A model generated the notes under the pieces. The model made no database searches and was not told the DNA's origin. It was given only the letters and a program-made list of their open reading frames with translations. A stretch of DNA of 64,000 nt from Terriglobia bacterium (GTDB lineage: Bacteria; Acidobacteriota; Terriglobia; 20CM-2-55-15): assembly GCA_965198225.1 (NCBI GenBank), contig CBDAOY010000009.1, forward strand, positions 864,001-928,000. Direction: 5' to 3'. Positions within the stretch are counted from its first letter, which is position 1. The number at the start of each line of letters is the position of its first letter. Position numbers and translations under genes: made by a program. Positions 52,608 to 63,282 of this stretch are shown one piece after another.

Positions 52608-54551
52608 ATGAGTCCAATGACCGCCCCGTGTGGTTCCTGGGCGTCGCCCATCACCGCATCTCTGATTACCTCGGCGCAGGTGTCACTGGCCGAACCCCGC
52701 TTCTCGGACGGTACGCTCTATTGGCTCGAGGGTCGCCCGCTGGAGGCCGGGAGAGTGGCGATGGTCTCCCGTGGAGCGGACGGATTGGTTCGGGATGTAA
52801 CCGACCCGAATGCGAACGTCCGGACGCGCGTGCACGAATACGGGGGCGGACCTTATTTCCTCCACGGCGAGTCCGTGTTTTTCTCGGACTACGGAAGCCA
52901 GAGAATCTACCGGCAGGATCCCGGCATCGGTCCGAGGCCGTTGACGCCGGAGCCTACTTCCGACGCCGGATATCGCTACGCCGATGGCTGCGTCAGTCCG
53001 GATGGACGATGGATCTTCTGTGTCCGGGAGATCCAGGCCGAAGGCCAACCGGTTGTCAACGACATCGTGCTCCTCCCGTCAGACGGCTCCTCCACTCCTC
53101 GATCGATTATCTCCGGGGCGGACTTCTATTCGTCCCCACGCGTCAGTCCCGACGGGTCCCAACTGCTCTGGACCTCCTGGAACCATCCGCGGATGCCTTG
53201 GGACGGGACCGAGCTCTATTCGGCGAGGCTCGATGACACCGGATCGGTTTCCGATCGACGCCTGATCGCCGGTGGTGAGGAGGAGTCCATCTTCCAGCCG
53301 GAATGGGCTCCCGACGGGTCGACCCTCTTCGTTTCCGATCGTTCGGGTTGGTGGAACCTCTACAGCCGGAGGGACCGCCGGACCGTTGCCGTCGCCCCGA
53401 TGGAAGCCGAATTCGGCTACCCGCAGTGGATCTTCGGCCTGTCTCGATACGCTTTCGTCGGCGGGAATCGATTGGCCGCCGTCTATGCCCGGGATGGAAT
53501 CGAGCACGTAGCCGTCATCGATCCGACATCCGGCACCCTCGACCGCATGGAACTGGGGTACACGTCCATCTTCTGGCTTGTCAGTGACGGTGCGAATCGA
53601 ATCGCTCTCGTCGCCGCTTCTCCGTCGCGCGCCCCCGAGTTGGCCCTTGTCGATATGAAGACGGGAGTGCTTGACGTCGTGAAGCGAAGCGTCGAACTGG
53701 ACATCGACCCAGGATACCTGTCGTATCCGTCGCACTTCGAGTTTCCGACTACAGGGGAGCGGACGGCCTTTGCGTTCTTCTACCCCCCGGCGAACAAAGA
53801 TCATGAGTCCCGTCCTGATGAGCGCCCCCCCCTGCTCGTCACGAGTCATGGCGGGCCGACCGCGACGGCTTTTGCAGCCTTGAATCTTGGGATTCAGTTC
53901 TGGACGAGCCGAGGTTTCGGCGTCGTCGACGTCAACTACGGCGGAAGTACCGGCTACGGGCGCGCTTACCGTGAGCGGCTGCAGGGAGAATGGGGAATCG
54001 TCGATACCGACGACTGCGTGAATGCCGCTCTGTACCTGGTCGCGAAGGGTGATGCCGATCGGGCTCGTATGGCGATTCGGGGAAAGAGTGCGAGCGGATT
54101 CACGACGCTCTGCGCGTTGATGTTCCGCGATGTGTTTGCCGCTGGTGCGAGCTATTACGGCGTGGCCGATCTCCGCGGCCTCGTCGCCGATACCCACAAG
54201 TTTGAGTCACGCTACCTCGATGGCTTGATCGGCCCCTATCCGGAAGCCGACGAACTGTACCAGAATCGCTCTCCACTGGAGCATGCCGCCAGGTTGTCGA
54301 CGCCCGTCATACTGATGCAGGGCCTCGAAGACCGGGTCGTCCCGCCCTCTCAGGCCGAAGTCCTGGTTGAAGTGTTGCGCGAGAAGAAATTGCCGTTCGC
54401 TTACGTGACGTTCGAAGAAGAGGGCCACGGGTTTCGCAAGGCCGAGAACATCAAACGCGCTCTCGAGGCCGAACTGTATTTCTACTCGCGCGTGTTCGGG
54501 TTTCGCCCTGCGGATGACATCGAACCCATTACCATCGAGAACCTTCCATGA
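52608..54551 (+). CDS. S9 family peptidase (acylaminoacyl-peptidase-like)
   Basis: APCGSWASPI, VHEYGGG, HPRMPWD, HGGPT, GKSASG, QGLEDRVV, EGHGFR. Confidence 0.9.
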   Translation: MSPMTAPCGSWASPITASLITSAQVSLAEPRFSDGTLYWLEGRPLEAGRVAMVSRGADGLVRDVTDPNANVRTRVHEYGGGPYFLHGESVFFSDYGSQRIYRQDPGIGPRPLTPEPTSDAGYRYADGCVSPDGRWIFCVREIQAEGQPVVNDIVLLPSDGSSTPRSIISGADFYSSPRVSPDGSQLLWTSWNHPRMPWDGTELYSARLDDTGSVSDRRLIAGGEEESIFQPEWAPDGSTLFVSDRSGWWNLYSRRDRRTVAVAPMEAEFGYPQWIFGLSRYAFVGGNRLAAVYARDGIEHVAVIDPTSGTLDRMELGYTSIFWLVSDGANRIALVAASPSRAPELALVDMKTGVLDVVKRSVELDIDPGYLSYPSHFEFPTTGERTAFAFFYPPANKDHESRPDERPPLLVTSHGGPTATAFAALNLGIQFWTSRGFGVVDVNYGGSTGYGRAYRERLQGEWGIVDTDDCVNAALYLVAKGDADRARMAIRGKSASGFTTLCALMFRDVFAAGASYYGVADLRGLVADTHKFESRYLDGLIGPYPEADELYQNRSPLEHAARLSTPVILMQGLEDRVVPPSQAEVLVEVLREKKLPFAYVTFEEEGHGFRKAENIKRALEAELYFYSRVFGFRPADDIEPITIENLP

Positions 54552-55471
54552 CGCGCCTCAGCTGCTTGTGGATTGTTGCCGGCCTCCTCTGGATGCAGCC
54601 GGTTGGTGCCCAATCCGTCGGGTGTGAAGCCTGGGGCCAAGCACGCCGGATCGGAGAGCTGCCAAAGATCATCGATGAGGCCAGTGGAGTGGAGGTATCC
54701 GGGAGATTCCCGGGCCGCTTCTACCACGTTGACGATTCCTCGGCGACGATTCACCTGACCGATTCGGTGGGCGGAAACGTGCAAGTGGTCCGCGTCTCGG
54801 GTGGAGGTGGAGTGGACGTGGAAGATCTCGCGCTGGGACCCTGCCCGGAAGGCTCCTGCCTGATCATTGCCGACATTGGCGACAACCGGGTGGGACGAAA
54901 CACACTCGAGCTGATCGTCGTCGCTGAGCTCGACGTCTACCCGCCTCTGGTCGAGTCGTTGAATCGGGTCCGATTCCGGTATCCGGCTGGTCCGAGAAAC
55001 GCCGAAGCTCTCGCCGTGCATCCGAACGGGGACATCTTCGTCGTATCGCGCAAACTCTTTCCTGCCGCCGATGAGACCCACGCACGGATCTACCGCCTGC
55101 CTGCCGCCGATTGGCACGCTACCCGCGCCGAAATACGTACTCTGATCCCCGTCGTCGATCTGGATTTCAGCCCGCTTGCCGATGTGTTGCCCGGCCGGCT
55201 AGTTACGGGGATGGATATTTCCAACGACGGTCGGCACATGTTGTTGCTGACCTACGAGGACGCCTTTGAGTTCCAGATCGATCCAGAGGAGGCGAAGTTG
55301 GGAATTTCCGAGGATCCGTCAGCCGGCTCCGACTACATGAGGATCGAACTCGTCCGGCTCCGCCAGCAAGAAGGGGTCGCCTATACGGCGGACTCAAAAG
55401 GATTCATCTACACTACCGAGGCGGGAAGGGGCGGCGCGCCCATTATGCAGGTGGATTGCCTTGAGCAATGA
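54548..55471 (+). CDS. Hypothetical secreted beta-propeller protein
   Basis: Signal peptide; EASG, DVEDLA, ADIGDN, NAEAL motifs; ATGA overlap with the upstream gene. Confidence 0.72.
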   Translation: MTRLSCLWIVAGLLWMQPVGAQSVGCEAWGQARRIGELPKIIDEASGVEVSGRFPGRFYHVDDSSATIHLTDSVGGNVQVVRVSGGGGVDVEDLALGPCPEGSCLIIADIGDNRVGRNTLELIVVAELDVYPPLVESLNRVRFRYPAGPRNAEALAVHPNGDIFVVSRKLFPAADETHARIYRLPAADWHATRAEIRTLIPVVDLDFSPLADVLPGRLVTGMDISNDGRHMLLLTYEDAFEFQIDPEEAKLGISEDPSAGSDYMRIELVRLRQQEGVAYTADSKGFIYTTEAGRGGAPIMQVDCLEQ

Positions 55472-55473
55472 AT

Positions 55474-55762
55474 GTAGGTGCGGTCTATGACCGGAACCAT
55501 TCATTAGCGTCGGGCCCACCGTCCCCCTCACGACGAAAGCGTGAGCGTTCGAGTACCGATCGCAGTGCGCGGGTGTGTGGAGAAAGACAGCTGGTCCGGT
55601 CCCCCCACGCCAGCTCTATCAGCGTCGGGCCCACCGTCCCTCTCACGACGAAAGGCTGAACGTTCACGGACCGAACTGCAGTGCGCGGGTTCGCGGAGAA
55701 AGCCAGTTGGTCCGGTCCCCCCACGCCCTCCAGAACAGAGTGCGGTCATAGACCGCACCTAC
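55474..55762. repeat. GTAG REPIN expanded by a tandem duplication with 115-bp period
   Basis: REP ends at 55474 and 55740-55762; units at 55506-55611 and 55621-55727. Confidence 0.8.
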
Positions 55763-55794
55763 ACTCGCCTGAGCGAGCCGCAGTGCGACCACGA

Positions 55795-57738
55795 CTACAG
55801 GTTTCGCCTTGGACCCAGAATCTGGAGTGGAGAGGGTTCGGGGGGCGCTGTCGCCTTGTCTTCCTCCTCAGCATCCCCATCCGTCTCACCTGGATTCACG
55901 AAGCGGTTTGCCTCCAGGCCGGCCTGCCGGGTGTAGAGGTCGAAGTATCTGCCCTGGACAGCGAGCAGTTGTTCGTGACTGCCCCGCTCGACGATCTTGC
56001 CGTCTTCCAGGACGAGTATCTGATGGGCGCTCCGGATCGTGCTCAACCGGTGGGCGATGACGAAAGTCGTCCTTCCCTTCATCAGGGCCGCCAGGCCTTG
56101 CTGGATACATGCCTCACTCTCGGTGTCGAGACTCGACGTGGCCTCGTCCAGGATAAGGATTCGGGGATCGGCCAGGATCGCCCGGGCGATCGCGACACGC
56201 TGGCGCTGGCCGCCGGACAGCTTAACGCCACGCTCCCCGATGATCGTGTCGTACTTCTCTTCCATTCGTAAGGCAAACTCGTCCACTCTGGCGATGGCCG
56301 CGGCCTGGTCCACGTCCTCCGGACTCGCGTCCGGCCTGCCGAAAAGGATGTTCTCGCGAATCGAGCCGTCGAAGAGGAAATTGTCCTGCAGGACGACGCC
56401 GAGCTGCGCGCGGTATGAATCCAGAAGAACCGTGGACAAATCGATGCCGTCGACGTAGACGGCACCGGATGTCGGCTTGGCAAAGGCGGAGACGAGCCCG
56501 ATGAGCGTACTCTTGCCGGAACCGGACGGGCCTACCAGGGCCGTCACCGTGTCCGGCCTTGCCTCGAGGCTGATTCCATGGAGGACGGGTTTGCCGGCGT
56601 CGTATTCGAACGTGACCTCGTCGAACACGAAGTGACCCTGGGTCCCGTCGACCGTCCGCACGCGATCCGGATCGACGTCTTCCGGCGTCTCCGCCAGCAC
56701 TTCCTGGACCCGGTCCAGGCCGGCCACCGCCTCGGTCAGCTGGCTGCCGATCGAGACGACCTGGATGACGGGAGCGACCATGAAACCCATGTACAGGGTG
56801 TAGGCAAAGAAGTCGCCGACCGTCATCGCACCGGACATGATCAGCCGGCCGCCCACGATCATGACCGTCACCGTGACGATTCCCATTAGCAACGTTGAGG
56901 CGAAGGTCACCGCGGCGGTCGCCGTGAGGGTCTTTCTGACGTTCTCGAAAAGCCGGAGAGCACCTTCTGCGAAAGTTTCGGCCTCGCGTTCCTCGGCGTG
57001 GAAGCCCTTCACGACCCGGATGCCGCCAAACGATTCCGTCAGCCGCCCCGTTACCTCTGCCCGGATCTTTCCACGCTCCCGGAACACCGGCCGTATCGTC
57101 CCGAACGCCTTCTTGAGAATCAAGGCGAAGACAGCCAGGAACCCCAGCGCCAGCAGGGTCAGGGTAACGTTGATCGTCAGGAGAAGGATGAAGGCAAGAA
57201 CGGCGGTGATCAGGCCGCCGATGAACTGGACCAGCCCGGTTCCGATCAGGTTGCGGACACCCTCGACATCGGACATGACCCGTGTGACGAGCGCCCCCGC
57301 CTTGTTGTCGTCGAAGTACCGGATCGGGAGCCGTCCCACGTGTTTCTGGATTTTAATACGCATGTCCGCGATCAATCGCTGAGCCGAGGTGCTGAGCAGG
57401 ATCGTCAGCGCGAAGGCGGTGACAGCCTGAATCGCGACGGCCAACCCCACCACCAGCACCAGCGGCGTCAGCATGGCGGTGTTGTTCGGCAAGACGACGT
57501 CGTCGATCAGGAACTTCATCGAGCCCGGCAGGACGAGGCCCGAAAGGCGGTTGATGATGACGAGGGCCAGGCCGAAGCCCAGCATGGCTCGTCGTGGCCA
57601 TATCAAGTCGCGAAATTCCCCGATTGCCTTTGCGGGCGGGACCGATCTTCGTTTTGTGTCGCTGCCGGAATTACCGTTATCGCCCGATCTTCTGCTCAAA
57701 GCACCCCCGTGATCAGTAGATCTTCCATCGTAACCCAT
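55795..57738 (-). CDS. ABC exporter, fused permease/ATPase (MsbA-like)
   Basis: TM domain, [30 protein letters not shown]. Confidence 0.93.
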   Translation of the reverse strand: MGYDGRSTDHGGALSRRSGDNGNSGSDTKRRSVPPAKAIGEFRDLIWPRRAMLGFGLALVIINRLSGLVLPGSMKFLIDDVVLPNNTAMLTPLVLVVGLAVAIQAVTAFALTILLSTSAQRLIADMRIKIQKHVGRLPIRYFDDNKAGALVTRVMSDVEGVRNLIGTGLVQFIGGLITAVLAFILLLTINVTLTLLALGFLAVFALILKKAFGTIRPVFRERGKIRAEVTGRLTESFGGIRVVKGFHAEEREAETFAEGALRLFENVRKTLTATAAVTFASTLLMGIVTVTVMIVGGRLIMSGAMTVGDFFAYTLYMGFMVAPVIQVVSIGSQLTEAVAGLDRVQEVLAETPEDVDPDRVRTVDGTQGHFVFDEVTFEYDAGKPVLHGISLEARPDTVTALVGPSGSGKSTLIGLVSAFAKPTSGAVYVDGIDLSTVLLDSYRAQLGVVLQDNFLFDGSIRENILFGRPDASPEDVDQAAAIARVDEFALRMEEKYDTIIGERGVKLSGGQRQRVAIARAILADPRILILDEATSSLDTESEACIQQGLAALMKGRTTFVIAHRLSTIRSAHQILVLEDGKIVERGSHEQLLAVQGRYFDLYTRQAGLEANRFVNPGETDGDAEEEDKATAPPEPSPLQILGPRRNL

Positions 57739-57942
57739 GCCGGATCGGATTTGGGGTCGATGAAGCTTCCATCATGTCTAAAGGCGTGGTATAAACCGAT
57801 GTTTTGAGCTTGGTTGGAATGCGAGCAGACTGGAGAGGAGCCGGATAGCCCCGACGTCGTTGCGGTCAACTCCGTGGACTTCCAAAACGCTGCATGTTCT
57901 AATTGAAAGACAGATTTCTTGACAGAGGACTCGGAGGTAACT

Positions 57943-58884
57943 ATGTACGCAACCCTGCTGCTGCTCGTGTTCCTGCCTATCCAGCAGGCCGACCCAGAGG
58001 AAGCCTATCGTCGCGACTACTCAGAGTACAACGAGATTTCGGCGATGACGGACCCAGCCGCCCAGGCCGAGCGGTTTTTTGCCTTCATCGACAAGGGGTA
58101 CGATGCAAGGCTGGAGGGCTCGATTCTCGCGGGGCTGCGGGGTGACATGGAAGCGCTCACCCAGGCTCGGAACTATGACGCGGTTTTCGATGTGGCAGAC
58201 AAGTGGGCCGCCCGTAACGGAGGTTTGGATCCGATCGCGCTTGCGTGGAACGCCGGTGCCGTTGCCGGCAACAACCAGGCCACGGTCAAGTATGGAGAGC
58301 AGCTATACGCGGCTCAGGCCATCCCCCAGGTTGCGATGAGTCTGGCGAATGCATACATGGCGCTGGGGAATGCCGCAAAGCTGAGGGAGTTCGGCGAGAT
58401 CGTCATCGACAGCCAGCCGATCACCGAGACCTGGAGCATCGCGTATGAGCTGGTCGGCCAGCACGAGTCGGCCGGGCGATTCAACCAGGCTTCGGAGATG
58501 GCGCGGAAAATCCAGAGTGGCCTGACATCCGCACCCGAGGGTATTTCCGGGACCGAGTGGACGCAGATTCGGACGTACTTGCAGGAAACCGTCGGCCGCG
58601 CCTCCTATGAAGCAGGCCGGTATGGGGCGGCAATTCAGCAGTTCAACGCCGTGCTGCGTTTCAACAGGCGGAACGACAAGGCCTATTACTACATCGGCGA
58701 GAGCCTTCTGAAGACCAACGAGATCGCCCCTGCGATGAACAGCTTCGCCAAGTCCTACCTGCTGAATGGCGGCTATTCCGCCCGTTCCAGAGGCATGCTG
58801 GAGACGATCTACAAGGCCAATCACGGCGGCAACCTGGTCGGCCTGGAAGACATCATCAACACGGCGCGCCGCGAGTTGAACTAG
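57943..58884 (+). CDS. Secreted TPR-repeat protein
   Basis: GGAGG RBS, signal-like N-terminus, GRASYEAGRYGAAIQQF...AYYYIGE. Confidence 0.75.
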   Translation: MYATLLLLVFLPIQQADPEEAYRRDYSEYNEISAMTDPAAQAERFFAFIDKGYDARLEGSILAGLRGDMEALTQARNYDAVFDVADKWAARNGGLDPIALAWNAGAVAGNNQATVKYGEQLYAAQAIPQVAMSLANAYMALGNAAKLREFGEIVIDSQPITETWSIAYELVGQHESAGRFNQASEMARKIQSGLTSAPEGISGTEWTQIRTYLQETVGRASYEAGRYGAAIQQFNAVLRFNRRNDKAYYYIGESLLKTNEIAPAMNSFAKSYLLNGGYSARSRGMLETIYKANHGGNLVGLEDIINTARRELN

Positions 58885-58897
58885 CGCCCAGGATCGG

Positions 58898-58927
58898 AAG
58901 GGGCTCAGCCAACCCGCTGAGCCCCTT
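58898..58927. terminator. Hairpin between convergent genes
   Basis: AAGGGGCTCAGC...GCTGAGCCCCTT. Confidence 0.7.
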
Positions 58928-58935
58928 GTTCCTCC

Positions 58936-60480
58936 TCACTCTCCCCCCGTACCTCCTTCAGCCTCGGAAATCTCTTCGAGCTGATCGAACCCACCGGTGG
59001 CCCCGTGGCCGCCCACGATTGTCCCGACGTTGAGCTCGAGGGTGCCGATTCCTTCGTAAAGACTCGTTGAATCCGGACTCGCGCTGGCCGCTCCCGGTGT
59101 GTACAGATCGCTTTCGAAAAGGATTCGCTCCCGTGGCAGATAGGCGACGACCATCGGCGCGACGTGCGGAGTGTCCTCCAGCGCGAACAGCTGGAGGGTC
59201 TGGTTTCCGTCCGTCAGCTCGTACTGTCCGTCGAAAGTCTCGATCGTGCCCACGTCCGAACTCCGTCCCATCGACGCGTTCGACATTGCGTGGAGTTCAT
59301 CGGGCGAGTATCCATGACGGGCCTCGATCAAATTCCGGATGGCCTCCTCGTGCCGCTGCTCGACGATGATCTTCGCGCCCATGGCGACCATCCTGCGAAG
59401 TCCGCCGACATGATCCGAGTGCGGGTGGGTCACGATGACGTACTCGATGGGTTTCAGGGGCGGGAGTTCCTCATAGACAACGTCGCTCAAGCGCTTACTC
59501 TGAGCGCTGGTTCCGGGAGCCTCGACGACGACCAGGTAGTTCGGGAACTCTACGACCAAGCTATTGTGCGAGAAGCCGACTGCCTGGTAGACCCCTCGCG
59601 CCAGGCGGTTCATCTCCATGGGAACGAACTCCCCGTTGGCGGCGTTTTCCGCTTCTTCTTCTGCCTCTTCGGGAATGGTGAAGACTGCCTCGTCCAGGCC
59701 CCCGTTGATGGTGATCGAGTCGTATTGCATGCTCGAAAACGCGACTCCGTCCTTGGTGATCGTCACCTGATGGGGAACCATCAAACCGCCGACGTCACGA
59801 TAATCTCCGACCGTATACCGAACTGGCACGTCCCCAAGGTGCGGATCGGTCTCCATCAACTCGAAACCGAGGAACACGTTGGTTTCCGGCTCGAAAAACA
59901 AGTCCGTGGCCTGACCTTCGAAATCGATCTCGACGCGACGCGCAGGCGTTCCGTTGAAATCGTTGAGCATCGCAACCCGGGTCGTGGTCGAGACCGCCTC
60001 GGTCGCCGCGAACATCAGGCCCAAGACGTCGCGGTTCAAGGCCATGTTCGGCGTGTCGAAGGCCGAGTAGCCGAGCAAGGCGTTCGGTGACACGACGGTA
60101 CCCCGTTCACCGACCATCGTGTAACCGACCGGCATCGCGTTTGAACCGCGCCCATGTTTCGTCAGCGTCTCGCGGCGATGCTGCCTGAACGAACCGAACG
60201 CCATCTCATACTCGAACGCGGCCCTTCCTCCGAGGAAATCGAGCGATTCGGTGAGGTTGGTCAGTTCTGCGGCTCTCGGCGCATCGCCCGCCGTACGTTC
60301 CTGTGCGAAGATCGTGCGGGTGCCACTACCGGTACGGACCATAGTCTCGATACCCTGCAGTCTCTCCAGGCCGCCCATGGCGGTGACGGCGCTGTCAACT
60401 ACGTCCCGGTACCCGGGATCGTTTACGCACCCGGCCAGCAGAATAACCAAGAGGACCGGGACGACAGATCGAATGGACAT
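58936..60480 (-). CDS. MBL-fold metallo-hydrolase lipoprotein
   Basis: Lipobox LAGC, THPHSDHVGG, PH, ESDLY, GGHG. Confidence 0.83.
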   Translation of the reverse strand: MSIRSVVPVLLVILLAGCVNDPGYRDVVDSAVTAMGGLERLQGIETMVRTGSGTRTIFAQERTAGDAPRAAELTNLTESLDFLGGRAAFEYEMAFGSFRQHRRETLTKHGRGSNAMPVGYTMVGERGTVVSPNALLGYSAFDTPNMALNRDVLGLMFAATEAVSTTTRVAMLNDFNGTPARRVEIDFEGQATDLFFEPETNVFLGFELMETDPHLGDVPVRYTVGDYRDVGGLMVPHQVTITKDGVAFSSMQYDSITINGGLDEAVFTIPEEAEEEAENAANGEFVPMEMNRLARGVYQAVGFSHNSLVVEFPNYLVVVEAPGTSAQSKRLSDVVYEELPPLKPIEYVIVTHPHSDHVGGLRRMVAMGAKIIVEQRHEEAIRNLIEARHGYSPDELHAMSNASMGRSSDVGTIETFDGQYELTDGNQTLQLFALEDTPHVAPMVVAYLPRERILFESDLYTPGAASASPDSTSLYEGIGTLELNVGTIVGGHGATGGFDQLEEISEAEGGTGGE

Positions 60481-60715
60481 AAACCCCCTCCTTACTTTCC
60501 AACGATCGAAAAATCTACGTATCTGTTACTTACCTGTACGGATAGCTACGCCAATTGTATTGCTCCTTAGCACGGAGTCAAGTGAAGAAGGATGAAACAG
60601 GGCGGGCCCGGTTCCCAGGTATGAGACAATCTACGTTTTCGGTTGGACGGCTCGGAGAGCCACACGCCCCGCACCGCGAGGCAAGAAACTCGATACACAG
60701 GAGATACCACGTCGC

Positions 60716-62344
60716 ATGAACGGTCATTTCAAAGTGCCAGACCCAGTCAACGAACCCGTGTTGTCATACGCCCCGAACACGCCCGAGAAGTCTGCCCTGA
60801 AAAAGAAGATTTCCGAGATGGCGTCGGGGGAGATCGAGATTCCGATCTTGATCGGCGGAAAGGAGGTTCGAACCGGAGAACTCGGGACACAGGTTGTCCC
60901 GCACAGCCACGGACATGTCCTCGCCAAATGGCACAAAGCCGGTCAGGCGGAAGTAGAGCAGGCGGCCGCAGCCGCCGCGCTGGCACACAAGGAGTGGGCG
61001 GCATGGAGTAACGACGCCCGTGCCGCCGTGTTCTTGAGAGCCGCCGAGCTGCTGGCCGGGTCTTGGCGGCAGACGCTCAACGCCGCGACGGTATTGTGTC
61101 AGAGCAAGACCGCTTTCCAGGCGGAGATCGATGCGGCCTGTGAGTTGATCGACTTCTGGCGCTTCAACGTCCGCTACGCGGAAGCGATCTACGGCGACCA
61201 GCCGCTTTCAGGCCCCGGCATGTGGAATCGGCTCGACTACCGGCCGTTGGAAGGTTTCGTGTTTGCCGTGACGCCGTTCAACTTCACGTCGATCGCCGGC
61301 AACCTCCCGACCGCACCGGCGATCATGGGAAATACCGTCGTGTGGAAGTGTGCCAGCTCGACCGTATACAGCGGCTACTACCTGGCCAAACTCTTCGAAG
61401 CGGCCGGCATGCCTCCGGGCGTGATCAACTTCGTTCCAGGGAGCGGGGCCGCGGTCGGCGGGCCGGCGATGGCGCACCCGGATCTGGCCGGCATCCACTT
61501 CACCGGTTCGACGGAGGTCTTCCAGGGGATGTGGCGTACCATCGGAGAGAACATCAAGCAGTATCGTTCCTATCCTCGAATCGTCGGCGAGACAGGCGGG
61601 AAGGACTTCATCATCGCCCATCCCAGCGCGAACGTCGATGCGGTTACGACGGCCATCATCCGCGCCGGCTATGAGTATCAAGGGCAGAAATGTAGCGCCG
61701 CCTCGCGGATTTACATTCCGGACAACCTCTGGAAGGCCATGAAGGACGACCTCATCGATCAGATCGACGGCATCGCGATGGGCGACCCGGCGGATTTCCG
61801 CAACTTCATGGGCGCCGTGATCGACCGTGAGGCATTCGACAAGCAGTCCGGCTACCTCGATTTCGTGCGCTCGTCGGACGATGCCGAGATTCTGGCCGGC
61901 GGGCAAGCCGATGACGCGGTCGGTTACTTCATCCGTCCAACCCTGATTCAGGCATCTCAGCCGGATTTCAGGACGATGTGTGAAGAGATTTTCGGACCCA
62001 TCGTGACCCTCTACGTCTACCCCGAGAACGAGTGGCAGCAGACTCTGGAACTTGTCAACAACACATCCCCTTACAGCTTGACCGGTGCCGTCTTCGCCGA
62101 GGATCGCCGTGCCATAGCCGATGCCCACCGTGAACTGCGGTACGCGGCCGGCAATTTCTACGTAAACGACAAACCCACCGCCGCCGTCGTCGGCCAGCAG
62201 CCATTCGGAGGGTCCCGAGCCAGCGGTACCAACGACAAAGCGGGCTCCATGCTGAACCTCCTGCGCTGGGTGTCGGCCCGAACGATCAAGGAGACCTTCG
62301 ACCCCCCCACCGACTACCGGTACCCGTTCATGGCGGAAGAGTAA
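60716..62344 (+). CDS. pruA: L-glutamate gamma-semialdehyde (P5C) dehydrogenase
   Basis: QAEIDAACELIDFWRFN, PFNFTSI, GETGGKDF, YQGQKCSA, QPFGGSRASGTNDKAG. Confidence 0.94.
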   Translation: MNGHFKVPDPVNEPVLSYAPNTPEKSALKKKISEMASGEIEIPILIGGKEVRTGELGTQVVPHSHGHVLAKWHKAGQAEVEQAAAAAALAHKEWAAWSNDARAAVFLRAAELLAGSWRQTLNAATVLCQSKTAFQAEIDAACELIDFWRFNVRYAEAIYGDQPLSGPGMWNRLDYRPLEGFVFAVTPFNFTSIAGNLPTAPAIMGNTVVWKCASSTVYSGYYLAKLFEAAGMPPGVINFVPGSGAAVGGPAMAHPDLAGIHFTGSTEVFQGMWRTIGENIKQYRSYPRIVGETGGKDFIIAHPSANVDAVTTAIIRAGYEYQGQKCSAASRIYIPDNLWKAMKDDLIDQIDGIAMGDPADFRNFMGAVIDREAFDKQSGYLDFVRSSDDAEILAGGQADDAVGYFIRPTLIQASQPDFRTMCEEIFGPIVTLYVYPENEWQQTLELVNNTSPYSLTGAVFAEDRRAIADAHRELRYAAGNFYVNDKPTAAVVGQQPFGGSRASGTNDKAGSMLNLLRWVSARTIKETFDPPTDYRYPFMAEE

Positions 62345-62709
62345 AAGAGGGATTTCACCGCAAAGACGCAAAGGCGCAAAGAAAACAAAGAGTGTCAGAG
62401 ACCTAGTTCTCTTGTAGCTGAGTGATGCTTACATAGATGGACTGATACCCTTTGCGTCTTGGCGTGCGGTAAGAGAATACGACCTTTCACTGATTCGATA
62501 CTGCACTGTTACACACGTTAGGCTGCGATGAGCGCTTGACGACAGCCGACGAAGGCAATTGCAAGTTTTCGTATCGGAAAATCCGCATTGGAAATCTATC
62601 CATTCGAGATTCGAGATTGAAAATCGAAAAACGTCAAAAGAGCGGATACCGAGGAGGGGAGTATAGAGGTTGCGGGGTGCTCTGTCCTTAACGGCCTACG
62701 GACAACGGC

Positions 62710-63210
62710 CTACGTCCTCATGACCAGCGTATCGGCGATCATGTCGTGGAGTGCCTGCTTCCGAGCCGAGAACGCCGCCATGATGAAACCGACGCCGAGG
62801 ATGAACGCGGAGAGATACTTGGCAAAATGTCTGCCTGTTGCCCGGCCGAATGTCAGACGCTGTCCATGGACGTCGGTGACGACTATCCCGAGTGCCATCT
62901 TGCCGAGAGTGGCCCTCGGTTCGCTACTCAACATGAGCGCTTCATACAGCCACGGCACGACCAGAAACGCGACGATACCCGGGCCCAACGACACGCCGGC
63001 GATCAAGGTGGTGATGATTCCGACGAAGATCCAGTCGATCAGGTAGGCGACAAACCGAATCCAGAATCCGCCGTATTGGACCGCAGGCGTAGCGACAGGT
63101 GGCGGAGCTTGGCCTGTCGGTGTGGCGCCCACGGGTATGGCCGCACCGCACGCCTGGCAAAACCGGGCGTGTTCAACGTTCGAGTGTCCACATGTAACGC
63201 AAACAGCCAT
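62710..63210 (-). CDS. RDD family protein with N-terminal zinc ribbon
   Basis: CVTCG...FCQACG, YGGFWIRFVAYLID, TLGKM, ALHDMIADT. Confidence 0.88.
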   Translation of the reverse strand: MAVCVTCGHSNVEHARFCQACGAAIPVGATPTGQAPPPVATPAVQYGGFWIRFVAYLIDWIFVGIITTLIAGVSLGPGIVAFLVVPWLYEALMLSSEPRATLGKMALGIVVTDVHGQRLTFGRATGRHFAKYLSAFILGVGFIMAAFSARKQALHDMIADTLVMRT

Positions 63211-63282
63211 CGCTGCCCCCGTTTCGATCGTGAAACCCGCTAGAGGAGTTCCTGCCGGAGATCCTGGATCCAGCGGGTCTAG

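Noticed and set aside
55506-55727. CRISPR array
   Set aside because: Only two long units that are similar throughout; no repeat-spacer alternation and no cas genes.
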